Source of the DNA: Planctopirus limnophila DSM 3776
Lineage (GTDB): Bacteria; Planctomycetota; Planctomycetia; Planctomycetales; Planctomycetaceae
NCBI RefSeq assembly: GCF_000092105.1
Contig: NC_014148.1
Location: forward strand, 4,710,001-4,742,000
Direction of reading: 5' to 3'
DNA: 32,000 bases
Shown here: one piece after another, positions 8,891 to 17,247 of the stretch
How the letters are laid out: each line of letters begins with the position of its first letter
How positions within the stretch are numbered: the first letter of the stretch is position 1
Made by a program: the position numbers and the translations under genes
The notes under the pieces: generated by a model
Database searches by the model: none
Told to the model about the DNA's origin: nothing
The model's input: only the letters and a program-made list of their open reading frames with translations

Positions 8891-10396
8891 CTAAGCTTCC
8901 TGGCGTCGTATTATTCCAGGCCACCAGTTCCCCGGTGGATTGTGGACCAGCAACCAGGTCACACCCAGCACCGCACCACCACCGGCACTCACACCCACCA
9001 GCGCCAGCCAACTGCCATGAGCCCATGGTTGCGGGCTGATCAGCAGGCAATATCCCGCCAGAGCTGCCAGTGGCACCAGTTGAGGACGTATCGCATCGCT
9101 CATCAGCCGCCAACCGCTGATCCCGAGAATCGACAAGCCGAAAGGCAACAGAACTCCCGCTTCGAGAATCACAGCCGGTACCAGCGTCCCGATGGCCACA
9201 CCCACACGCCCCAGCATTAAGCCCAGCCCCAGACTGATCACCAGATTGGCAATCGCTTCGGCAAAATAGATCATCGCCGGGAATCGAATCGTCCCCTGAG
9301 CCAGCAGGAACGATCGCAATAGATTGCAGGGCAATGTCACCACAGTCGCTGCGAGCAGAATCACCAGCAGTCGATGAGATTCTTCATAGCCGGCACCCAC
9401 CCATAACGTAATCAGGTCGCCACCAAAGAAGTACGCCCCCAGATTGATCCCGGCTGCCAGCAGAAACGTAATCCCGATCGCCTGCAAAAAGAGTTTGTGG
9501 AGCTTCCCGCGATCTGCCGAACTTTGCATGGCCCCCGCTGTGGGCATACAGATAAAAGCCACCTTTTCAATCGGCTGACGGATGAACTGCACCAGTCGCA
9601 AAGCGATATAGTAGGGCACAATCGCCTCGGCCCCCATCAGGAAGCCAATGACAATACTATCCGTCGCATAGATCAGGCTCTGGGCAAAATTGTTCAGCAA
9701 AGCCATTGAACTGAACGAAGTACATTCTTTGAGTACCGAATATTTCCAGTGCGACCATCGAATCTGCAGCTCCGGGAGAGCTTTCCACGAGAGGTACATG
9801 AAGGCACTGTTTTCGAGAATCGTAATGATCATGTAGATCAGGGCCATCGTCAGCAGCCCCCATTCGCGATGCAGAAACACGAATATCAGCGCGACGCGCA
9901 CCAGATCGAACACAATCCCGACCGTCCGTTCGAGATCAAACCGGCGGACTCCCATCAGCACACCGCCAAAAATACTCCCCAGGAGAGACATCGCCAGGTT
10001 CAGCCCGAGTATCACGACAACCAGCTGAATCTCCAGCAACTCCTGTCCCTTCCAGGGGCTCATCCAGGGCAACAAGAGAGCAATCCCCACTGACAGCAGA
10101 AACGCAAACGCCGCCCCCAGCGAATAGACAGAGGCCACAATCGTGACGACTTCATTGAGGCCCTTGGTGTTTCCTTCACTGTGATACTTGGCCACATACC
10201 GGCAAATGGTCTCACCCATCCCCATGTACAACAGGCCGCCATACGCCACAAAAGAATTGATGAACACCCACTGCCCATACGAGGCATCGCCCAGCACATG
10301 CATCACGTACGGCATCAGGAAAAAGCCGGTTACCAATGCTGCCAGATGGGCCAGCCATGTGAAGAGCACATTGGATTTCAGACTCTGAACCGCCAT
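8891..10396 (-). CDS. Polysaccharide/oligosaccharide flippase (MOP superfamily, Wzx-like)
   Basis: The 501-aa polytopic membrane protein has roughly 12-14 hydrophobic segments and an N-terminus typical of polysaccharide biosynthesis proteins (LKSNVLFTWLAHLAALVTGFFLMPYVMHVLG). Confidence 0.8.
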   Translation of the reverse strand: MAVQSLKSNVLFTWLAHLAALVTGFFLMPYVMHVLGDASYGQWVFINSFVAYGGLLYMGMGETICRYVAKYHSEGNTKGLNEVVTIVASVYSLGAAFAFLLSVGIALLLPWMSPWKGQELLEIQLVVVILGLNLAMSLLGSIFGGVLMGVRRFDLERTVGIVFDLVRVALIFVFLHREWGLLTMALIYMIITILENSAFMYLSWKALPELQIRWSHWKYSVLKECTSFSSMALLNNFAQSLIYATDSIVIGFLMGAEAIVPYYIALRLVQFIRQPIEKVAFICMPTAGAMQSSADRGKLHKLFLQAIGITFLLAAGINLGAYFFGGDLITLWVGAGYEESHRLLVILLAATVVTLPCNLLRSFLLAQGTIRFPAMIYFAEAIANLVISLGLGLMLGRVGVAIGTLVPAVILEAGVLLPFGLSILGISGWRLMSDAIRPQLVPLAALAGYCLLISPQPWAHGSWLALVGVSAGGGAVLGVTWLLVHNPPGNWWPGIIRRQEA

Positions 10397-10676
10397 CTCG
10401 CAAAAATCCTTGACCTGAACTGCAGATGTCCGCCAGGAACTCTGATCCCTGCTCTCAGCTGATCCTTGCTCCTAAAAAGGAGGATCGAAATCGATCCAGC
10501 CTCTCGCGCCAGAACACGAGACTCAAAATGGAGCACAAGACACAAAATGCAGACTTCCAGCTTCAGTTTAGGTCGAGATTGCCCGTCAGGCCGAACGACG
10601 AAGGAAAAACCTGAGTGTCCATAGCGGCAAAACCCCGATAAAAATCATTAACTCCTTATCATGAAGCACTTTAGAT

Positions 10677-10847
10677 TCAGAATAACGGCTTCTGCAGATT
10701 GCACGGATCGAACTGTTCCGATGCTTCCCGGTCACGAATCACCACATTCCCCTCCTGAAAACCGCCCTGATAGGAAACTTGGGGATAACTGGTAACTTGA
10801 GGCGTCTTTCCGGCCTGTTTCTGGCGTGACGGCACTCTTTCGGCCAT
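10677..10847 (-). CDS. Hypothetical small protein (56 aa from the internal ATG); may not be real
   Basis: This is the only ORF with an ATG in the 10397-11289 gap, and the longer listed form starts at TTG 10901. I see no recognisable motif and no clear RBS. Confidence 0.2.
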   Translation of the reverse strand: MAERVPSRQKQAGKTPQVTSYPQVSYQGGFQEGNVVIRDREASEQFDPCNLQKPLF

Positions 10848-11289
10848 GTTGACATTTTGTACCTTGTCAACTAACTTCGCGCTCGCGTTAAGTCGATTCA
10901 AGTGGGCAAGTTGTTGCCTGTGAGCCAGTGATTTGAATGCCTCACAGATAATGACTGCGGAGCATCCATCGATTCACTGAAAGTGTCGTTTCGAGAGTTG
11001 AAAGCCTGTCAAGGGCGCTAAATTCTCTCCCGGCAGACTCTTCCAGCAACGCAAGGGGCGACATCGAATCGGACAAAACCGCCTCACCGGAGGCGCATTA
11101 GTCTTGTTCGCTTCGTCCGATCTGGTTGAATAGATGGTGGTAATGCCCAGGGAACGGGCACATTGAATTGTTTTGTTCAATGCCGGAGCCGATTGCTCAT
11201 GAGAGCAATTCTTCCGACGAGGACCAGGTTCAGACTGGCAGATAACCAGTCGATTGGTCAGTTCCAGGGGCTTTGCCAGGATCAAAGGG

Positions 11290-12399
11290 ATGATCGCTAA
11301 CATGTTTCGTCAAGTGTCTCGTCTGTTCCAGGCCACCTGTCTGGCCATCGGCCTCCTGACAGTTTGCTCCACAAATCTGCTGGCTCAGGAATTGAACTGG
11401 GCCAACAAAATGCTGGAGCGGCAGAACATCGATTTCGGCACTGTGGCCCGCGGAGCAGACACCGTCTACCGTCTCAAAATCCGCAATATTTACAAAGAAG
11501 ATGTACAACTCCTCGGAACCCGCACCAGTTGTGGCTGCTCCAAGGCCAAGCTCAGCACCAACCTGCTGAAAAGTGGCGAAGAAGGTTACGTCGAAATCGC
11601 CATGGATACCTACAAGTTCATGCGCGAAAAAACCTCGAACGTCTTCGTGACCTTCTCGATTGCCAACATTGGCACAGTCGAAGTTCAAATCCCACTTCGC
11701 GTTTACATCCGCACCGATGTGGTGCTCACTCCCGGTGCGATCAACTTCGGCGGCTTCGATGTCGGGGCTGGCAAGGAATCGACCGTCAACGTGGCTTATG
11801 CAGGTCGTCCTGATTGGACAGTTACCGGCATCAACTCCTCCAATCCACTCGTTACCGCCACTGTCGTTGAAACCAGCCGCAGCGGTGGTGCTGTCAACTA
11901 TCAGTTGATTGCCAAGGTTTCACCCGATGCTCCCGTCGGTGACTTTGGAGGCATCATCTCGCTCACCACCAACGATGTCGGCACACCCGCCGTCCCGGTT
12001 CCATTCAATGGTCGAGTGGAAGCTGAGTTTGTCATCACTCCATCTCTCCTCACACTGGGCAACCTGGTTCCAGGAACCACCAAAGCCCTGCAGGTGGTCA
12101 TTCGCTCCAAGAAGCCTTTTGCCATCGAAAAAATTGAGTGCGAAACTGTCGATGGGGCCTTCCAGGTCAAGCTCCCCACCACCACAGCTCCAGTCCACGT
12201 TCTTCCTATGACACTCAAAGTGCCCGATCTCGCTGGCCCACTCAACGAAACCTTTACCATCTCGCTCCCAGGTCGCCCCAATGTGATTCAGTTCAAGGCC
12301 ACGGGAACAATCATCTCCGCCCCGGCCGCACCTCCCACAAATCCAGCCGCCTCGATTCCTGCACCAGCAGGCGTTCCCGCCACAACCAGCGGGCTGTAA
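11290..12399 (+). CDS. DUF1573-domain protein, about three Ig-like repeats, secreted
   Basis: IDFGTVARGADTVYRLKIRNIYKEDVQLLGTRTSCGCS is the DUF1573 signature. Two further repeats begin INFGGFDVG and LLTLGNLVPG. The leader is signal-like (MFRQVSRLFQATCLAIGLLTVCSTNLLAQ) and the tail is Pro/Ala-rich. The start could be 11254, 11290 or 11302. Confidence 0.8.
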   Translation: MIANMFRQVSRLFQATCLAIGLLTVCSTNLLAQELNWANKMLERQNIDFGTVARGADTVYRLKIRNIYKEDVQLLGTRTSCGCSKAKLSTNLLKSGEEGYVEIAMDTYKFMREKTSNVFVTFSIANIGTVEVQIPLRVYIRTDVVLTPGAINFGGFDVGAGKESTVNVAYAGRPDWTVTGINSSNPLVTATVVETSRSGGAVNYQLIAKVSPDAPVGDFGGIISLTTNDVGTPAVPVPFNGRVEAEFVITPSLLTLGNLVPGTTKALQVVIRSKKPFAIEKIECETVDGAFQVKLPTTTAPVHVLPMTLKVPDLAGPLNETFTISLPGRPNVIQFKATGTIISAPAAPPTNPAASIPAPAGVPATTSGL

Positions 12400-12433
12400 T
12401 TCATCAGGCGACTCCGACCATTGACGATCCATC

Positions 12434-12470
12434 ACGTCTCGACCAGTTCACTGTTGGTCGAGACGTTTTC
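12434..12470 (+). terminator. Intrinsic terminator downstream of the DUF1573 gene
   Basis: A perfect 11-bp stem, ACGTCTCGACC (12434-12444) with GGTCGAGACGT (12456-12466), closes an 11-nt loop and is followed by TTTCATT. Confidence 0.6.
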
Positions 12471-12630
12471 ATTGAGCCCTACCGAATTCGAGGTTCTATC
12501 CCCTCCAGCGTTTTGCCCCGGAAAAGATCTTTTCATCAGGTGCCGACTCGACTTCCTTGCCCAACTCTGGCAACCTCATAGAAGCCGTTGATCGCGGTCT
12601 GATAAGCATTCCAATTTGAAATAGAGCTCT

Positions 12631-12662
12631 GTGTGCCATGCTCGCAGCTTTGGGCAAGCATG
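12631..12662 (+). repeat. P1 palindromic intergenic element, copy 2
   Basis: GTGTGCCATGCTCGCAGCTTTGGGCAAGCATG has one arm mismatch (CTCGC versus CTTGC). It lies 75 nt upstream of the moxR-like ATG and about 160 nt downstream of the separate terminator. Confidence 0.85.
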
Positions 12663-12736
12663 TTTACGCCATCTTCGACGCGCGATTTCACGTTGCGATT
12701 CATATGATGTGAGAAAAGCCAATTCGGGGAAAAAGT

Positions 12737-13741
12737 ATGGAATCTCAGGTCGAGGGCTTACGCGATGAAGCCGCGCGATTTGCCGAAGAGTTTCAAAAAG
12801 CCCGCACTGCCATCAGTGAAGTGATCGTCGGCCAGAAGATCGCCATCGAGTCCGTGCTGGTCGCCATCTTCGCCGGTGGCAACGTACTGCTCGAAGGGGT
12901 GCCAGGTCTCGGCAAGACAGAACTCGTGAAAGCCCTTTCCCGCGTGCTCCACCTCGAGTTCCGCCGCATTCAGTTCACCCCGGATCTCATGCCCGCCGAC
13001 ATCATCGGCACCAACATCATGTCCACCGATGAAGCGGGCCGCTATCGCTTCGAGTTCCGCAAAGGGCCCATCTTCACCCAGCTGCTCCTCGCAGACGAAA
13101 TCAACCGCGCCTCACCCAAAACACAGTCCGCTCTCCTCGAAACCATGCAGGAAGGCTCTGTCACCACGGGCGGAGTCATTCATAAACTTCAGCAACCCTT
13201 CTTCGTGCTGGCCACGCAAAACCCCGTCGAGCAGGAAGGGACTTACCCGCTCCCCGAAGCGCAGCTTGACCGCTTTCTCTTCAAAGTCGTCGTCCCGTTT
13301 CTGAATCGAGCTGAGCTGAACGAAGTCGTCAGTCGTACGATCCTCAAGCGCCCCGTCGAAGTTCCTCAACTCCTTACGGGCGATCGCATTCTCGAATTGC
13401 GGCAACTCCTCGATAAGGTCGTCGTCACTGACATCATCCGCGATTACGCGTGCCGGCTGGTTCTCAGTACTCACCCACAAACCGAAGATGCCCCTCCCGA
13501 GGTCAAGCAGTTTGTGCAGTGGGGTGCCAGCCCGCGTGCTGCTCAAGGGCTCATTCGAGCCGCCCGAGTGAAAGCTCTGGCCGATGGCAGACCTTATGTC
13601 GCCCTGGACGATATCCGCTCATTCGCTCAGGAAGTCCTGCAACATCGTGTACTCCTCAACTACGATGGCCAGGCCGAAGGCATCTCCCCGCGCGACCTCA
13701 TCACCACGTGTGTCAAAACGCTGAAAGAAACCGCCCAGTAA
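12737..13741 (+). CDS. MoxR-family AAA+ ATPase
   Basis: Motifs are VIVGQKIAIESVLVAIFAGGNVLLEGVPGLGKT (Walker A), LLADEINRASPKTQSALLETMQE (Walker B/sensor) and ATQNPVEQEGTYPLPEAQLDRF. GGGGA lies upstream of the ATG. Confidence 0.93.
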   Translation: MESQVEGLRDEAARFAEEFQKARTAISEVIVGQKIAIESVLVAIFAGGNVLLEGVPGLGKTELVKALSRVLHLEFRRIQFTPDLMPADIIGTNIMSTDEAGRYRFEFRKGPIFTQLLLADEINRASPKTQSALLETMQEGSVTTGGVIHKLQQPFFVLATQNPVEQEGTYPLPEAQLDRFLFKVVVPFLNRAELNEVVSRTILKRPVEVPQLLTGDRILELRQLLDKVVVTDIIRDYACRLVLSTHPQTEDAPPEVKQFVQWGASPRAAQGLIRAARVKALADGRPYVALDDIRSFAQEVLQHRVLLNYDGQAEGISPRDLITTCVKTLKETAQ

Positions 13742-13764
13742 TGCGCTAAGTGCCATGTTAATCT

Positions 13765-13797
13765 AGTGCCATGCTTGCAGCCTTGGGCAAGCATGCC
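13765..13797 (+). repeat. P1 palindromic intergenic element, copy 3
   Basis: AGTGCCATGCTTGCAGCCTTGGGCAAGCATGCC starts 24 nt after the moxR stop and ends 62 nt upstream of the DUF1080 ATG. A partial duplicate of its left flank (AGTGCCATG) sits at 13749-13757. Confidence 0.85.
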
Positions 13798-13858
13798 TGA
13801 ACCCATCCACTCCCCAAACCCATACAAACCATCCTTCTCCTCCTGCAGAAGCCACACC

Positions 13859-14689
13859 ATGCTCTCCACCATCATCAAATTGGCAACTTCGATTACACTG
13901 TGCCTCTCGTGCTCCGTGAGCCTCTTCGCACAGGAAGCCACACCTCCAGCCAGCAGCACACCAGGCGAAGAAAAGTGGATTCAGCTCTTCAACGGCAAAG
14001 ATCTCACCGGCTGGACACCCAAAATCCGCTACCACGAACTCGGCGAGAACTACGGCAACACCTTCCGCGTCGAAGACGGACTCCTCAAAGTCGTTTACGA
14101 CCCCGCAAAATACCCCGAGTTCGGCGAAAAGTTCGGCCACCTCTTCTACGAAAAACCCTACTCGAATTACCGCCTGCGCATCGTCTATCGCTTTGTGGGA
14201 GATCAGTGCAAAGGTGGTCCCGGCTGGGCGACCCGCAACAGCGGTGCCATGCTCCATGGCGAAGACCCCAAAACGATCGGCAAAGATCAGGATTTCCCAG
14301 CTTCCATCGAAGTCCAGTTCCTCGGCGGATTGGGCAAAGGCAAACGCACCACCGCCAATCTCTGCACTCCCGGCACGAACGTGGTGATGAACGGCAAACT
14401 CTTCACACCCCACTGCACGACTTCCACTTCCGATACCTACGACGGCGATCAATGGGTCACTGCCGAAATCGAAGTTCGTGGCAGCAAACTCATGCGCCAC
14501 GTCGTCAATGGCAAGACGGTCCTCGAATACACCGAACCTCAACTCGATGAGCGCGATGCCCACGCCAAAGAACTCATCAAAGCCCGTGGCGGCGAAAAAC
14601 TCCTCTCTTCCGGCACCATCTCACTACAATCCGAAAGCCATCCCGTGGAGTTCAAAACTGTCGAACTTCTCGAACTCCCCGCCGAATGA
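13859..14689 (+). CDS. DUF1080 (3-keto-disaccharide hydrolase-like) secreted protein
   Basis: WIQLFNGKDLTGWTP...FRVEDGLL...GAMLHGEDP...ISLQSESHPVEFKTVEL are typical DUF1080 motifs. ATG 13859 gives the signal peptide MLSTIIKLATSITLCLSCSVSLFAQ. The listed start at 13766 lies inside P1 copy 3. Confidence 0.85.
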   Translation: MLSTIIKLATSITLCLSCSVSLFAQEATPPASSTPGEEKWIQLFNGKDLTGWTPKIRYHELGENYGNTFRVEDGLLKVVYDPAKYPEFGEKFGHLFYEKPYSNYRLRIVYRFVGDQCKGGPGWATRNSGAMLHGEDPKTIGKDQDFPASIEVQFLGGLGKGKRTTANLCTPGTNVVMNGKLFTPHCTTSTSDTYDGDQWVTAEIEVRGSKLMRHVVNGKTVLEYTEPQLDERDAHAKELIKARGGEKLLSSGTISLQSESHPVEFKTVELLELPAE

Positions 14690-15705
14690 GTTCACACAGA
14701 AATGAACTCAACGCCATCGCCCCGATAAAGTCGAAATCTATGGGTGCATCGCCAACGAGCCTGTCAGCCGCCATTAGCGTCGAGCATGTCTCCTTCAGTT
14801 ATCCCTCGCGGAAAGAAACTCCTCCGGCACTGAACGACGTTTCTTTTCGCGTGGACGAAGGCCAGATCTGTGCGCTGCTCGGCCCCAATGGCAGTGGCAA
14901 ATCCACGCTCTTCAGGCTGTTGGCCACACTCCTTCCCTGGCAACAGGGAACCGGTCAGATCTTTGGCGTCGATCTCGCGCACTCACCGCAGAGAGCCAGG
15001 CGACTCTTTGGCGTCACCTTCCAATCCCCCAGCCTCGATACCCGATTGACTGTCGAAGAAAACCTCTGGCATCAAGGCAAGCTCTACGGCCTCAACTCGG
15101 TCGATCTGCAACAGCGAATCATCGAATGCAGCACACCGCTGGGATTAAAGGACTGGCTCCCTAAGACCGTCGAAACACTTTCTGGCGGCTGGAAGCGTCG
15201 TGTCGAACTGGCCAAAGCTCTGCTCCACCATCCCCGCCTGCTCCTCCTCGATGAACCCAGTGTCGGGCTCGATCCGGGCAGTCGGCGTGAACTGTGGCAG
15301 GAACTTGCCAGGCTCCGCCAAATGGGGATCTCCATCCTCGTCAGCACGCACCTGATGGAAGAAGCCGAACTCGCCGACCAGGTCGTGATCTTCGACGAAG
15401 GGCAGAAAGTGGCCGAAGGCTCTCCCGATGAACTCACACAATCCGTCGGGCAGGATGCACTCTCGATGACTCCTCGTAACCCCGAGACGTTTGCCGAAAT
15501 TCTACTTCAGAAAACAGGCCGCAACGCGCTCCGCATGGGCTCTTCATTCCGACTCGAAGGACAAATCTCGCCAGGTCTTGTCGAAGAACTCGCCACCAGC
15601 TTAGGCCCCGAACTCCGCGCCATCGGCCTCATCCGCCCCACACTCGAAGAAGTCTTCCTCAAAGTCACCGGCAGAACCTTCGAATCCGCCGATCAAGAGG
15701 ACTAA
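14686..15705 (+). CDS. ABC transporter ATP-binding protein (ABC-2/DrrA-like) with no adjacent permease
   Basis: It has Walker A GPNGSGKST, signature LSGGWKRRV and Walker B LLLLDEPS. ATG 14686 overlaps the DUF1080 stop as ATGA. The alternative start is ATG 14740. Confidence 0.9.
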   Translation: MSSHRNELNAIAPIKSKSMGASPTSLSAAISVEHVSFSYPSRKETPPALNDVSFRVDEGQICALLGPNGSGKSTLFRLLATLLPWQQGTGQIFGVDLAHSPQRARRLFGVTFQSPSLDTRLTVEENLWHQGKLYGLNSVDLQQRIIECSTPLGLKDWLPKTVETLSGGWKRRVELAKALLHHPRLLLLDEPSVGLDPGSRRELWQELARLRQMGISILVSTHLMEEAELADQVVIFDEGQKVAEGSPDELTQSVGQDALSMTPRNPETFAEILLQKTGRNALRMGSSFRLEGQISPGLVEELATSLGPELRAIGLIRPTLEEVFLKVTGRTFESADQED

Positions 15706-15741
15706 TTCAGTTTCCAAAATTCAACTGCACTCCTTGGTATG

Positions 15742-15825
15742 GGGTGGCTGGGGTTGAGCGTCTTCGCGAACCCCCAGTTCATGCCGAAAATTGCTGGGGG
15801 TTCGAAGACTCAACCCCAGCCACCC
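15742..15825. repeat. P2 compound palindromic element: long hairpin between convergent genes, possibly a bidirectional terminator
   Basis: The left arm GGGTGGCTGGGGTTGAGCGTCTTCGCGAACCCCCAG (15742-15777) and right arm CTGGGGGTTCGAAGACTCAACCCCAGCCACCC (15794-15825) are complementary except for two 2-nt bulges. The loop is 16 nt. Each arm is also self-complementary (CTGGGG...CCCCAG). Confidence 0.8.
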
Positions 15826-15874
15826 GCCGCGCAATTGTTTATTGGAATCCGTATCAAAGGGCCCAATGGCGAAG

Positions 15875-17191
15875 TTATCGAATCACTTTACGACTGAAGG
15901 CCACCACAAATAAACCCCAGAGTAAAGTCCCTAGCAAAGCTTCAATATTGAGCGGTATCAACACCCAGCCATGTGCGGTATTAAACTGATCTCCGCCAAA
16001 GCCAGAAGTAAATACACTCACGGTTGTCATTAACGAGTAGACCACGCGATTAATGATTCCATCGGCAGGCAGATCGGCAATGGGCGGGCTGTCGATCTCG
16101 AAATGCTGATAGCCAATTGCATAAAGAACTGCGAAGAACAGCATCGCCAGCAGTGCCGAAACAACGGCTCTGCCAGGATTGGTCCCATAACCGCAGCCCC
16201 AGTCGAGAAATACCAGATCACAAATCTGTGCCAGCTTCGTCCAGGGCTTGAGCCATGAGCGCGGTTTACTCTTCCTTTGATTAACCTTGAAGCGATAGTA
16301 GGCCCAGTCCTCCTCATCAAATCGATGGAGCGTCTGAAAGATCGCCTTCAACAAACCATATTCACGCATCGCCAGTTCATGATCCCCAGTATTCTCCGAT
16401 GCCAGGCGACCCTCAATCTGCTTTGGCTTGATCAGCATCCGATCAACTACCGCATTGGCAAAAGCAAATTGTTGCCGCACACCCTGTGAGATAGTCTCTA
16501 AATAGACAAAGTCACGCAGCTTGGCTTTCGAGAGGTCAATCATGCCATCAAAGTGCGAAACGTCAAAATCGAGCTTCTTCTCAATGCTGATCCCGCGAAA
16601 CAGCACATCCTTCTGAAAGAGGCAATGATTAAAGGTGAGCCCCTGCCCAATTGACATACTTCGCAGATCGGCCAGTCCATGAAATTCGCAATGTTGAAAT
16701 CCAAACCAGCCATCACAAGTCACTTCCCAGAACTTCGCATCCTTCTGGAACACGCAATACTTAAAATCCCCTTTGCCAAAAAACTCGCTGAGATCAAAGC
16801 GTGCCAACCCCTGAATCGTCAACCCGCTGAAAATGCAGCCTTTCAACTTGCAGGCGTGCATGCAAAACGATTTCTCAAACGTCGATTTTCTCTCGCAGCG
16901 GGCGCGATAGATCGTGCACTTGGCAAACTCCACAACCTCATGAAATATCGCCTTCTTGATCGTCAGTCGATCGAGAACCACATTTTTAAAGATGACCGGG
17001 GCCGTAAACTCACCCTGTAACGTCAGCTTTTCAATCCGCACATCGGCGAGTGGTTGTCCCTCTTTGAGCATCGCTAATGCCGTCGCTGCATCCATAAGAG
17101 GTAAGCGACCCGACGGAGAATCATCTGGTAACTCTTCAGGAGCATGATTCGTTGCTTCAAGATCTTCAGATGCTGGATTCAACTCGGTCAT
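15875..17191 (-). CDS. Pentapeptide-repeat protein fused to a C-terminal 2-TM ion-channel pore domain
   Basis: Residues ~60-245 have five-residue periodicity in F/L/I/C (FKNVVLDRLTIKKAIFHEVVEFAKCTIY...DLSKAKL). The C-terminus is TM1 VVSALLAMLFFAVLYAIGY, pore helix plus filter-like SLMTTVSVFTSGFGGD, and TM2 LIPLNIEALLGTLLWGLFVVAF. Confidence 0.75.
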   Translation of the reverse strand: MTELNPASEDLEATNHAPEELPDDSPSGRLPLMDAATALAMLKEGQPLADVRIEKLTLQGEFTAPVIFKNVVLDRLTIKKAIFHEVVEFAKCTIYRARCERKSTFEKSFCMHACKLKGCIFSGLTIQGLARFDLSEFFGKGDFKYCVFQKDAKFWEVTCDGWFGFQHCEFHGLADLRSMSIGQGLTFNHCLFQKDVLFRGISIEKKLDFDVSHFDGMIDLSKAKLRDFVYLETISQGVRQQFAFANAVVDRMLIKPKQIEGRLASENTGDHELAMREYGLLKAIFQTLHRFDEEDWAYYRFKVNQRKSKPRSWLKPWTKLAQICDLVFLDWGCGYGTNPGRAVVSALLAMLFFAVLYAIGYQHFEIDSPPIADLPADGIINRVVYSLMTTVSVFTSGFGGDQFNTAHGWVLIPLNIEALLGTLLWGLFVVAFSRKVIR

Positions 17192-17247
17192 AGCCTGCCT
17201 TCAGAAAATTTCGCATGCATACCATACGCAAGAAGCTGCGGATTGGA

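Noticed and set aside
8862-8899. The 26-nt gap between the convergent kinase and flippase genes, which has a T5 run and an AAGCTTC direct repeat, as a possible bidirectional terminator.
   Set aside because: I could not draw a stable stem, because only TTCTT and AAGAA pair and their loop is too small. It is left uncalled.
10974-11303. The 109-aa minus-strand ORF overlapping the DUF1573 start region, and the 62-aa ORF at 10426-10614.
   Set aside because: Neither has a motif, and their composition is atypical for coding sequence. The first overlaps the 5' end of a confident gene.
1484-13797. Whether the P1 copies could be CRISPR repeats.
   Set aside because: The copies are 1-11 kb apart with whole genes between them rather than regular 30-40 nt spacers, and no cas genes are present.
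13763-14563. Long ORFs antisense to or out of frame with confident genes, including 13763-14563(-), 13900-14550(+), 3305-4111(+), 7219-8232(+), 8257-8850(+), 265-852(-), 11901-12435(-), 5737-6309(+) and 17361-17918(+).
   Set aside because: Each lies wholly inside a gene with clear family motifs in another frame. Their translations are Arg/Ser/Pro/Gly-rich and low in complexity, as expected for open alternative frames in GC-biased coding DNA. None has a recognisable motif.
15794-15825. A GGGGGTTCGAAG stretch resembling a tRNA T-arm (GGTTCGAA).
   Set aside because: No complementary T-stem follows at the right distance, and there is no acceptor stem, anticodon arm or D-arm. It is one arm of the P2 hairpin.
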